Shown here: positions 45,699 to 54,478 of the stretch, piece by piece
Layout: each line of letters opens with the position of its first letter
Numbering within the stretch: position 1 is the first letter of the stretch
Assembly: GCA_041746715.1 (NCBI GenBank)
Contig: JBGTGN010000227.1
Span: forward strand, 1 to 63,705
Direction of reading: 5' to 3'
Source of the DNA: Pirellulales bacterium
Lineage (GTDB): Bacteria; Planctomycetota; Planctomycetia; Pirellulales; UBA1268
DNA length: 63,705 nucleotides
Translations under genes and position numbers: made by a program
Notes under the pieces: model-generated
Told to the model about the DNA's origin: nothing
Databases searched by the model: none
What the model saw: only the letters and a program-made list of their open reading frames with translations

Positions 45699-47033
45699 CT
45701 ACCAGCGGCCGGTCACGCCGACGCCGCCGAGATCACCGATGGGCAGCGGCATGACCTGCAGTTCCATGCCGGCGAACTGAAGCTCGGTGGCATCCACCGC
45801 CCGGGCGCTCGCCCAGGCGAGATACCAGCCCAGGAAAATCTGGGATGGATAGTGGGCGTCATCGGTCATCCGAGAGAAGCCCACGAACGTTGAACAGACG
45901 TAGAGCGTGCCCTTGAGCAGGGGGCTCTCCACCATGTCGGCAGCGGCCAGAAATGGCACCGCCCCGACAAACGCGTGACCGCTCACGCCGTTGTTGTCGT
46001 TGAAGAAGTGCCATTGGCTTCCGACATCCTCCGACGGTCGCGACGCCCCCGTGGCCATCTGCAAGACATAAAGCGGTGGCGCCCCCACAACGAACATTCG
46101 AAGCGACCGCGACCCCCACTCACCGACGATATCACCCGCGGGATTGCCCTCAAAAACGAGCCCCGTGGCTGCCGCGGCTCCGAAGACGGCCAGTGCGTAG
46201 CGGCCTTCGCCGACGTCCTTCACGTCCGAGAAGAACGTCCCAACGCTCGTCGGCGCAACCCCTCGCTGCCAGGCATTCTGCATCGTGTCGTCGAAGCCAG
46301 TGTTTGCCATGAGGGCACCGGCTCCAAAGGCCGCGGTGAGGCAGACGAGGCTCTCGCAGTCGTAGAAGTTGCGATAGTCCTCGAGGATCTTGTGACCGGC
46401 CCGTGAGACCCTTGGAAACCGGCTCTTCGCCCAGGGGGGATCGTTTGAACGAGGCACCGTCATCCCGCCGCCATCAATGGGCGGAAGTGAATACACTGGA
46501 TCGGTGGTTGGGGCGAGGCGGGCAGCGAGCTCGATCGTCAGGCTGTCGTGATGCGTCGATGGCTGCCAACCCCCTACGAGCTGAACGCCGCGGCCATCCG
46601 CAGCGGTGCCCGAGAGGGATTCGGTTTGGACCGCCGCATCGACCCAGGCACCGGCCACGGCTGGCACAACGCGAACGACAACCCGCTGACGCCGCGGCGG
46701 CCAGGTGGCCTGCCCACAGCCAGGGGGCTCGACCCAGGCCGATTCGATCACACCTGCCCTCGGAGGTATGGACGTGAAATCAGGCTCAACCGCCCGCACA
46801 ACGGGCCATTCGGCGGCCACTGTCGCAAGCGTCCGTTCCCACATGGCACGTCCGTTCGCTCCAGGCAGGAACATTCCTCCCGGAACCTCGTCGGGAGCCG
46901 ACACGGCTTTCTCAACGTCCTCACCGGCGGCATCGGTGATGCACGCTGGCATGAGTGCGCAGGCCATGAGCATGCGGCACGCCATGGCGCACCACCACGG
47001 GGCCTCGGAGAATGAGCGAGAAATCATAGACAT
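45699..47033 (-). CDS. PAP2 (type-2 phosphatidic-acid-phosphatase/haloperoxidase) superfamily-like membrane protein with a large N-terminal extracytoplasmic domain
   Basis: The C-terminal region carries QMATGASRP (KxxxxxxRP with K->Q), 17 aa, VSGH (PSGH), 33 aa, then SRMTDDAHYPSQ (SRxxxxxHxxxD with D->Q). Start is ATG 47033 or 47027 (MSMISRSF...LMACALMPAC). The track start at 47084 is GTG. Confidence 0.6.
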   Translation of the reverse strand: MSMISRSFSEAPWWCAMACRMLMACALMPACITDAAGEDVEKAVSAPDEVPGGMFLPGANGRAMWERTLATVAAEWPVVRAVEPDFTSIPPRAGVIESAWVEPPGCGQATWPPRRQRVVVRVVPAVAGAWVDAAVQTESLSGTAADGRGVQLVGGWQPSTHHDSLTIELAARLAPTTDPVYSLPPIDGGGMTVPRSNDPPWAKSRFPRVSRAGHKILEDYRNFYDCESLVCLTAAFGAGALMANTGFDDTMQNAWQRGVAPTSVGTFFSDVKDVGEGRYALAVFGAAAATGLVFEGNPAGDIVGEWGSRSLRMFVVGAPPLYVLQMATGASRPSEDVGSQWHFFNDNNGVSGHAFVGAVPFLAAADMVESPLLKGTLYVCSTFVGFSRMTDDAHYPSQIFLGWYLAWASARAVDATELQFAGMELQVMPLPIGDLGGVGVTGRW

Positions 47034-47106
47034 GTGCGGCGGGACTGTCGCACCCGTTGGAGTGGGCCGCAACCCGGATTTCACGCCCGAAAAGCGTGCA
47101 AAACCC

Positions 47107-48294
47107 TCAATTCATGGCCTTGATGAAGACCTCCACCTGCTGGCCCACGAAGAGCGGTGGCCGGCCCGTCGGGTCAAACTGGTAGATCACCTGGAGCACT
47201 CTTGTATCGACCCGCTCTGTCGCATCGCCGGTAAGCGACTTCTTGGGCACGACGAATGGCTCCACACGAACGAAGCTGAGCGGATACTCCTCCTGGAGGC
47301 TTCCTCGCGGCACGGCGACCGCGGATGCCTCCTTTCGGAAGCGAGGGATGTCGTACTCGTCGATATCGACCCGCACATGGAGACGATCGATGTTCCCCAG
47401 GATTACCAACGGCTGATTCGGCGGTGTGCCGACAAACTCGCCAGGCCGCACATTCACCTGAAGCACGCGGCCGGCGACGAGTGCCCGCGGGACGAGGCGA
47501 TCGATCTCGACCTCGATCTTCGCCGCATCGGCCTCCGCTCGTGCGAGCGCGGCTTTGGTCACATCGCGGTCGTACTCCCATGACCCCGCGCGGAGCAGGT
47601 CGAGGTCCGCGGTAGCTCGAGCGAGCGTCGCCTCAGCCGCCGCCAGGGCTTCTCGCCGCTCGACCAGATCCTGTTCGGTGCTCACCCGTCGGGCGAACGT
47701 CTCCTCGGCCCGCTTCATGGCGTCCTGCTCACGAACGACGGTCGATCGAGCCTCATCGACCGCGGCGGCGAGCACGGGGATTTTTTCTTTTCGCGGCTCG
47801 GCCTCCAGCTTCACAAGCTCACTGCGGGCCTGGGCGACCGCTGCCTGCTTGATAGCAAGTTCGCTTCGCATCTGCCGGTCGTCGAGTCGAAACAAGGGCT
47901 GCCCCGGCGTGACGTCATCTCCCACCTTCACAAAAACCTCGACCACGACGCCTGCGGTAGCGGACCCCACGGCAATGTTCTCGGTCTGCGCCTCGACAAT
48001 GCCCGCGGCGGCGAGCGCGTCGCTGTAGGGATTTGTGGCCGGCGGAATCAGGGGCTGGGGATTCCGCGTCACCGCTCGCGTCGTCCAGACATACCAGCCG
48101 GCGAAGCCAAGCAACCCGATGGCGCCGAGTGGCAGGAGGATCTGCGTGATGACGTCGGCGATCGTTCTCGGCCGGTTCATCCGACGTGGTTGCGATGCGT
48201 GCGGCGTGTCTGAGTCAGATGGCATCGTGCGGTCTTGAACTCCATAATCCTGCTCGAGAGGTCCCGTGATTGACACCGGTGGGGGGAGCACCAT
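47107..48294 (-). CDS. HlyD/DevB-type membrane-fusion (periplasmic adaptor) protein
   Basis: One N-terminal TM helix (ILLPLGAIGLLGFAGWYVW), a lipoyl/barrel-sandwich block (VKVGDDVTPGQPLFRLDD), long coiled-coil segments, and a beta-barrel tail. ATG 48294 shares one base with the upstream stop. Confidence 0.85.
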   Translation of the reverse strand: MVLPPPVSITGPLEQDYGVQDRTMPSDSDTPHASQPRRMNRPRTIADVITQILLPLGAIGLLGFAGWYVWTTRAVTRNPQPLIPPATNPYSDALAAAGIVEAQTENIAVGSATAGVVVEVFVKVGDDVTPGQPLFRLDDRQMRSELAIKQAAVAQARSELVKLEAEPRKEKIPVLAAAVDEARSTVVREQDAMKRAEETFARRVSTEQDLVERREALAAAEATLARATADLDLLRAGSWEYDRDVTKAALARAEADAAKIEVEIDRLVPRALVAGRVLQVNVRPGEFVGTPPNQPLVILGNIDRLHVRVDIDEYDIPRFRKEASAVAVPRGSLQEEYPLSFVRVEPFVVPKKSLTGDATERVDTRVLQVIYQFDPTGRPPLFVGQQVEVFIKAMN

Positions 48295-49028
48295 CACACA
48301 CCAGAAAATCCTACGGGAAACGGCCCGCGGGCAACCGTGTCGATGCGGCCATCCTCCATCGAGGCGATCCGGCCGGCGAAAGGATAGACGCGGGAGTCGT
48401 GTGTCACCACGATGACCGCGCGGCCAGGCTGCACAGCGACCTCCTGGATGAGCTCCATCGTGATGCGACCGTTTTCGGCATCGAGGGCGCTCGTCGGCTC
48501 ATCACACACGAGCAGCCGTGGCTTGTGGACGAGCGCCCTCGCGATCGCCACCCGTTGCTGCTGACCGCCGGAAAGCTCACTCGGGAGATTTGGGAGGCGG
48601 TCCCCCATGCCCAGTTGCTCGAGAACGTCGGCAGCCGCCTCAACGGCTCGCCGCCTCGGCCAGCCTGCGATGAGGAGTGGCACCGCGGCGTTTTCAACGG
48701 CTGTGAGCGTCGGCAGAAGGTTGAACGCTTGAAAGACAAAGCCGACGTTGTCACGGCGAAATTTCACTTTTCGGGCGGCGGATATCGTTCGCAAATCCTG
48801 CCCGAACACGCGGACGTCGCCCGCGGTCGGCTCGAGGGTTCCCGCGACGATGGACACGAGTGTGGTTTTGCCACAGCCGCTCGGGCCCACCAGCATCAGG
48901 AGTTCGCCATAGGGCACATCGAGATCGACCCCCCGCAGCGCCCGCGTGAGCGCGGCGCCGCTTCCAAAATCCTTGGTCACGCCGCGGACACGGATGGCGA
49001 TATCGGCATACTCGTCGGATTCTGTCAT
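48294..49028 (-). CDS. ABC transporter ATP-binding protein (MacB/DevA/LolD class)
   Basis: GPSGCGKTT (Walker A), LSGGQQQRVAIARAL (signature) and LLVCDEPTSALD (Walker B). ATG 49028 (MTESDEY...) is preferred over GTG 49040. Confidence 0.92.
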   Translation of the reverse strand: MTESDEYADIAIRVRGVTKDFGSGAALTRALRGVDLDVPYGELLMLVGPSGCGKTTLVSIVAGTLEPTAGDVRVFGQDLRTISAARKVKFRRDNVGFVFQAFNLLPTLTAVENAAVPLLIAGWPRRRAVEAAADVLEQLGMGDRLPNLPSELSGGQQQRVAIARALVHKPRLLVCDEPTSALDAENGRITMELIQEVAVQPGRAVIVVTHDSRVYPFAGRIASMEDGRIDTVARGPFPVGFSGV

Positions 49029-49041
49029 GACGTGGTCCACG

Positions 49042-50178
49042 CTACGCTCGGAAGACGATCGCGGGCTCGACGAAGAGCACCTTGCGAATCGAGAGGAGGC
49101 TCGCCACGAGCACGATCACAAACACGGCGACCGCGGTGAGCGCGAGCACCTGCCATGGCATGAAGAAGGCGAGGCGCGACGCTCCCTTGACGAACCAGCC
49201 GAAGAGGCTTGCCAGGCCAACGCCCAGGCCGTAGCCAACAAGGCCCACCTGCATCCCCTGGCCAAGCACCATCAGGAGAATCGTCCAATTGCTCGCGCCC
49301 ATCGCCTTGAGCGCGCCATATTGCCGGATGTTCTCGACGGTGAAGAGATAGAATGTTTGCCCGGCGATGGCGGTGCCCACAAGGAACCCGAGCAGCACGG
49401 TGATCCCGAAGTTGATCGGGATGCCAGACTTCTCGAGGTAGTACTGAATGGTTCGCCAGAGGAACTCTTCGCGAGTGAGCGCCTGGAGGCCCGTGCGTTC
49501 CCGGATGTGGCGGCAGACTTCGGTCGCAGGCACTCCGGGCTGGGCATCGGCGAGCACGAACGAGAGCACCTTGCGCTCCGGTGGAGCAAACGCGACCGCC
49601 TGGCTGTACCGGGTGTACACAATCGGAAAACTCTGGAACGTGCGGCTGGCCTTTGTGATGCCGACGATGACGGCTCGGCGATCGTTCATTTCAAATGTGC
49701 GGCCGAGCCGAAACGGCTCACCGGGCCAGATCCGCTGGTAGCCGGCGTCGTCCATGATGACAGCGTCGGGCTTGCGGAGATCGGCCACCGAGCCCATGAA
49801 GATGCCCTGTGGCGCGCCCACGTAGGTGGCGTCGTCGAGGCCGAGGATGATCATCTGTTCGTAGGTGCCCTCGGGGAGCCGAGCTCGTCCGAGGCCTTTG
49901 TAGAACGGCACCGCCCAGGCCACTCCCGGCACACTCTTCACCCGAAAGAGCTCCGTATCGGCGAGAGGCTTGATGTCATCGACGTACTGGACGTTCGGGT
50001 CCATGACCCAGATGCCGGGCCCCTCGACGTCGCGAATCTGGCTGACCGTGAGCGACATGAGGCCGCAGAAGATCGACGCCTGCTGGGCGATGAGCACCGC
50101 GGCGAAGACAACGCCAAAGACGATCCCGAGGTATTTCACTCGGTTTCCGACAAGCATCTTCCAGGCGACCCAGAGCAT
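49042..50178 (-). CDS. ABC exporter permease, FtsX/DevC-like
   Basis: 378 aa. TM1, then a periplasmic domain of about 200 aa, then three C-terminal TM helices (FtsX fold). Its N-terminus MLWVAWKMLVGNRVKYLG resembles DevC-type permeases. Confidence 0.85.
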   Translation of the reverse strand: MLWVAWKMLVGNRVKYLGIVFGVVFAAVLIAQQASIFCGLMSLTVSQIRDVEGPGIWVMDPNVQYVDDIKPLADTELFRVKSVPGVAWAVPFYKGLGRARLPEGTYEQMIILGLDDATYVGAPQGIFMGSVADLRKPDAVIMDDAGYQRIWPGEPFRLGRTFEMNDRRAVIVGITKASRTFQSFPIVYTRYSQAVAFAPPERKVLSFVLADAQPGVPATEVCRHIRERTGLQALTREEFLWRTIQYYLEKSGIPINFGITVLLGFLVGTAIAGQTFYLFTVENIRQYGALKAMGASNWTILLMVLGQGMQVGLVGYGLGVGLASLFGWFVKGASRLAFFMPWQVLALTAVAVFVIVLVASLLSIRKVLFVEPAIVFRA

Positions 50179-50255
50179 CGCGATAGCTTATCCGCGGCAA
50201 CGCTTGGCCGTGGTATTCTGCCGTGCTTTAACGCTGTCACAGGAGCCACGCACCC

Positions 50256-52136
50256 TTGCCCGAGTCGGCCGAAACCGATGTGGCGGGAGACCAGGCCGTT
50301 GCGGCCCACGATCCGCGAGTCGCCGATGTGCTCAAGCGGTGGTGGGGCTTCGAGACGCTCCGCCCGATGCAGGGGGGGGCGATCGATGCGGCCCTCACCG
50401 GCCGCGACTCGCTCGTTGTGATGCCCACCGGCGGTGGCAAGAGCCTCTGCTATCAGCTTCCGCCGCTCGTGAGTGATTCCACCGACGTTGTGATCTCGCC
50501 GCTGGTTGCCCTCATGAAAGACCAGGTCGATGCCCTCGAGGCGATCGGCTATCCCGCGGCTGCCCTCCACTCGGGGCTCTCCCCAAAGGAGCGTTCCGCG
50601 ATTTTTGACCGACTTCGGGCGGGTGAACTGCGGCTTCTGTTTTCGGCCCCTGAGCGGCTCGTGAACTCGGGGCTCCTCGACACGCTCGCGCATGTGGGCG
50701 TGAAGCGATTCGCGATCGACGAGGCCCACTGCATCAGCCACTGGGGACATGACTTCCGTCCGGAGTATCGCCAGCTCGCGCTCCTTCGCGAGCGATTCCC
50801 GCAGGCGAGCCTCCATGCCTTCACGGCGACGGCCACGCCGCGAGTTCGCGACGACATCGCAAGCCAGCTCGGCCTTCGCGATCCGGCCGTCCTCGTCGGC
50901 ACGTTCGACCGGCCCAACCTCGTCTACCGCATCGTGCCGCGAACTGACCGCGTGGCCCAAACGCTCGCGATCCTGGGGCGGCATCAGGGGGAGGCGTCGA
51001 TCGTTTATTGCATCTCGCGCAAGGAAACCGAACGCCTTGCAGCACGACTCACCGCGGAGGGCCTTCTCGCGCGGCCCTACCACGCCGGCCTCGAGTCGAA
51101 GGAACGGCACCGCACCCAGGACGCCTTTGCCAAGGAAACGATCGACGTCGTCGTGGCTACCGTGGCCTTCGGGATGGGGATCGATCGTTCCGACGTACGA
51201 CTCGTGCTCCACACGTCCCTCCCGAAGAGTCTTGAGGCGTATCAGCAGGAGACGGGGCGGGCAGGCCGCGATGGGCTCGCTGCCGAATGTGTGCTGCTCT
51301 ATTCGTCGGCAGACGTCTTCAGTTGGGAGGCCCTTACCCGCAAGAGCGCGGCGGAAAGTGACCTCGATGAGGAGGAGCAGGAGACACTCATCGCCTCACA
51401 GATGCACCATCTCCATGCGATGCGTCGGTATGCCCAGGCGGCCCGCTGTCGTCACGCAGCGCTCTCCGAGTATTTTGGGCAGGGCTATCCGACCACGTCG
51501 TGCGAAGCATGTGACGTGTGCCTCGGCGAGACCGCCGGTTTTCCTGATGCGACCGTTACGGCTCAGAAAATCCTGTCGTGCGTGGCCCGCGTGGATCAGC
51601 GGTTTGGCGTGAAGCATATCTGCGAAGTCCTGCGGGGGGCAAAGACCGACGCCGTGATGCGGAACGGCCACGACAGGCTCTCCACCTACGGCTTGCTCGC
51701 GCAGCTTGACCAGCGATCCGCCGAAAACCTTGTCCACCAATTGCTTGACCAGGAAATCCTCGTGCGAACGCCTGGCGATCGCCCGGTGATCCGGCTCAAC
51801 GAGCGATCATGGGAAGTGATGCGAGGCGGAAGGGAGGTTGTTCTCCTTGAGCCGGGCGTGAGCAAGGCGAAGGTGACAAAGGCCGAAGCCGACGACTGGC
51901 GAGGCGTAGACCGTGACCTCTTCGAGCGGCTCAGGCGATGGCGAAGGCGGCTGGCCGAGGCCCGTGGCAAACCGGCCTGGACGATCCTGGACGACAAGGC
52001 CCTGCGGACCATCGCCCGTGAAAAACCATCGACCCTCAGCTCACTCGCACGCTGCAAAGGCATCGGCGAGAAACGTCTCGCCGATTTCGGCGAAGCGATC
52101 CTCGACCTCATCGACGGCCGAGAGCCGAAGGCATAG
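50256..52136 (+). CDS. recQ: ATP-dependent DNA helicase RecQ
   Basis: FGFETLRPMQ, VVMPTGGGKSLCYQLP, DEAHCISHWGHDFRPEY, the RQC zinc cluster (C..C..C..C) and a C-terminal HRDC domain. The start is uncertain (TTG 50256, GTG 50280 or GTG 50328). Confidence 0.93.
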   Translation: MPESAETDVAGDQAVAAHDPRVADVLKRWWGFETLRPMQGGAIDAALTGRDSLVVMPTGGGKSLCYQLPPLVSDSTDVVISPLVALMKDQVDALEAIGYPAAALHSGLSPKERSAIFDRLRAGELRLLFSAPERLVNSGLLDTLAHVGVKRFAIDEAHCISHWGHDFRPEYRQLALLRERFPQASLHAFTATATPRVRDDIASQLGLRDPAVLVGTFDRPNLVYRIVPRTDRVAQTLAILGRHQGEASIVYCISRKETERLAARLTAEGLLARPYHAGLESKERHRTQDAFAKETIDVVVATVAFGMGIDRSDVRLVLHTSLPKSLEAYQQETGRAGRDGLAAECVLLYSSADVFSWEALTRKSAAESDLDEEEQETLIASQMHHLHAMRRYAQAARCRHAALSEYFGQGYPTTSCEACDVCLGETAGFPDATVTAQKILSCVARVDQRFGVKHICEVLRGAKTDAVMRNGHDRLSTYGLLAQLDQRSAENLVHQLLDQEILVRTPGDRPVIRLNERSWEVMRGGREVVLLEPGVSKAKVTKAEADDWRGVDRDLFERLRRWRRRLAEARGKPAWTILDDKALRTIAREKPSTLSSLARCKGIGEKRLADFGEAILDLIDGREPKA

Positions 52137-52254
52137 GCAACGCTTCTCTACGCTCGTCGGGCCGTCGTTCGGTGACATGACACGGGGGACGGCGAGCTGC
52201 GGCACCAGGCGGTGCGATGAACTAGACTCTCGTGCGATTCCCAGGACCAACAGC

Positions 52255-52836
52255 ATGATCCATACCGGCACCATTCCGTTCGATCTTCAGGACAAGGTCG
52301 ACCGCGAACTGGAATCAAGCGAGCGGGTGGTGTGGATGGACCAGCCAGTGCCGCGGTATTTCACAGGTGCATCGATCAGTCTGTTTCTGTTCGCGATTCC
52401 GTGGACTGCCTTTGCGTTGTTCTGGATGTGCGGGGCAGCGGGCTTCAAGGTGCCCGACTTCACTAAGGGCCCTGAGCTCCTCTTCCCACTCTTCGGTGTC
52501 CCGTTTGTGCTTCTTGGCATCGGCCTGCTGTCGTCGCCGTTCTGGACGTTCCGAAAGGCAGTCCGCACCGCCTATGTCGTCACCGATCAACGGGCGATCA
52601 TCTTCGAAGGGGGATGGTCCACGACCGTTCGCAGCTTTCCACCCGAACGGCTCGGAGACATCTACCGCAAGGAGCGACGTGACGGCACTGGCGACGTCAT
52701 CATGGGGCGCCAAATCTCGACCGACTCCGAAGGCGGACACCAGGCGACCGACGTGGGCTTCCTGAATATCCGTGATCCGAAGACGGTCGAATCGATGCTC
52801 CGAAAACTGGCAGCGGCGGCGAACCCCCGCGAGTGA
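52255..52836 (+). CDS. Hypothetical membrane protein (two TM helices plus a small soluble, possibly bacterial-PH-like, domain)
   Basis: ATG 52255 (MIHTGTIPFDL...), in frame with track ORF 51913..52836, whose 5' part overlaps recQ. Two helices (ASISLFLFAIPWTAFALFWMCGAAGF and LLFPLFGVPFVLLGIGLLSSPFW), then YVVTDQRAIIFEGG... Confidence 0.5.
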   Translation: MIHTGTIPFDLQDKVDRELESSERVVWMDQPVPRYFTGASISLFLFAIPWTAFALFWMCGAAGFKVPDFTKGPELLFPLFGVPFVLLGIGLLSSPFWTFRKAVRTAYVVTDQRAIIFEGGWSTTVRSFPPERLGDIYRKERRDGTGDVIMGRQISTDSEGGHQATDVGFLNIRDPKTVESMLRKLAAAANPRE

Positions 52837-52864
52837 TCATGAGGACGAGAGGAAACGCAGCACC

Positions 52865-54463
52865 ATGAAGATCACACAAACACATCTCCTGGTGCCGGGC
52901 CTCCTCATTGCCATGGCGATCATGTCCGGCTTTGCCGCTGGATCGGAAGCCCCCCGCCCCAACGTCATCTTCATCCTGGCCGATGACATGGGCATTGGCG
53001 ACGTGAAGTGCCTTGGCGGCAAGACCTCAAAGATCGAGACGCCCACCATGGACCGGCTTGCCAAAGAAGGCATGGTGTTCCGAGATGCCCACTCGACCTC
53101 TTCGGTCTGCACGCCCACTCGATACAGCGTGCTCACCGGGCGGTACAACTGGCGGAGCCCGCTGAAGGACGGGGTCTTGAATGGGTTCAGCCCGCCGCTG
53201 ATCGAGGAGACTCGTCCGACCGTGGCCCGCTTCATGAAAGACCAGGGCTACACAACGGCCTGCATCGGCAAGTGGCACCTCGGCATGAATCTGCCGCTCA
53301 CGGACGGCAACGAGCCGGCGGACGACGTGGGCAAGGCGAACCGTGGCAAACCTCGCGCTCCCTCCGGGACGAACGTCGATTGGCATGGCACGATCACTGG
53401 TGGGCCAAACGCGGTCGGGTTCGACACGTTCTATGGCATCAGCGCATCGCTCGACATGCCACCGTATATCTGGATTCATAACGATGCGTTTGTTGGCGAA
53501 TGCACGGTCGAGAAGGCGTTCCACCGCCGCGGCCCAGCCCAGGCGGATTTCGAGGCGGTCGATGTCTTGGGCACCATCGCGAGCAAGAGCGTGGAGTTCA
53601 TCCTTGCAAACAAAGACAAACCCATGTTCATGTACATCCCGCTTGCCAGCCCGCACACGCCGATCGTGCCATCCAAGGCGTGGCAGGGGAAAAGTGGCCT
53701 CGGCTCCTACGGGGATTTCGTGATGGAAACCGACCACGCGATCGGCGAGATCGTGAATGCCGTTGATGACGCAGGCATCGCCAACAACACGCTGATCGTC
53801 GTGACCGCCGACAACGGGTGCAGCCCGGCTGCCCAAGGCGGGATGGCGGGCCTTGCGTTCAGGACGCCGGAGCCAACCCCAGACAACCCCGACGCCCACT
53901 ACCCTTCAAGCATCTATCGTGGACACAAGGCCGATCTCTTCGAAGGAGGCCATCGCGTCCCTTTCATTGCCCGCTGGAAGGGAACCGTCCCCGCGGAGAC
54001 AACATGTGATGAGACGGTGTGCCTCGTGGATCTCTATGCGACGTGCGCCGATCTCTGCGAGAAGACGCTCACAAATACGGCAGCTTCCGACTCCGTCAGC
54101 ATGCTTCCCTGCCTTCTCGGCAAGACCGAGAAACCCATTCGCGAGGCGACGGTCCATCATTCCATCAATGGTTCGTTCGCCATCCGCAAAGACAACTGGA
54201 AACTTCTGATGGCGGCTGACTCCGGCGGCTGGAGCGCACCGCGTCCCGGCCCCAAGGCGGCCAAGGATCTGCCTCCCGTTCAACTCTATGACCTGACAAA
54301 CGATCCCGGTGAAACCAAAAACGTCCAGGCCGAGCACCCAGCAGTCGTGGCGAAGCTCACATCCCTCCTCACGCGGATCATCAAGGAAGGCCGCAGTACG
54401 CCCGGCGAGAAACAAGCCAATGATGGGCCAGCCCACTGGAAGCAGCTCAACTGGATGGAGTGA
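52865..54463 (+). CDS. Arylsulfatase-family sulfatase (formylglycine-dependent)
   Basis: ATG 52865 with a signal peptide. NVIFILADDMGIGD, the CTPTRYSVLTGRY (C-x-P-x-R FGly motif) and GKWHLG. 532 aa. Confidence 0.92.
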   Translation: MKITQTHLLVPGLLIAMAIMSGFAAGSEAPRPNVIFILADDMGIGDVKCLGGKTSKIETPTMDRLAKEGMVFRDAHSTSSVCTPTRYSVLTGRYNWRSPLKDGVLNGFSPPLIEETRPTVARFMKDQGYTTACIGKWHLGMNLPLTDGNEPADDVGKANRGKPRAPSGTNVDWHGTITGGPNAVGFDTFYGISASLDMPPYIWIHNDAFVGECTVEKAFHRRGPAQADFEAVDVLGTIASKSVEFILANKDKPMFMYIPLASPHTPIVPSKAWQGKSGLGSYGDFVMETDHAIGEIVNAVDDAGIANNTLIVVTADNGCSPAAQGGMAGLAFRTPEPTPDNPDAHYPSSIYRGHKADLFEGGHRVPFIARWKGTVPAETTCDETVCLVDLYATCADLCEKTLTNTAASDSVSMLPCLLGKTEKPIREATVHHSINGSFAIRKDNWKLLMAADSGGWSAPRPGPKAAKDLPPVQLYDLTNDPGETKNVQAEHPAVVAKLTSLLTRIIKEGRSTPGEKQANDGPAHWKQLNWME

Positions 54464-54478
54464 CACGCCAAATGCGAG

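Noticed and set aside
50136-51212. A 358-aa minus-strand ORF overlapping the 5' half of recQ.
   Set aside because: It is antisense to clear RecQ helicase motifs and its composition is Arg/Gly/Glu-rich without motifs. It would also overlap the ABC permease start.
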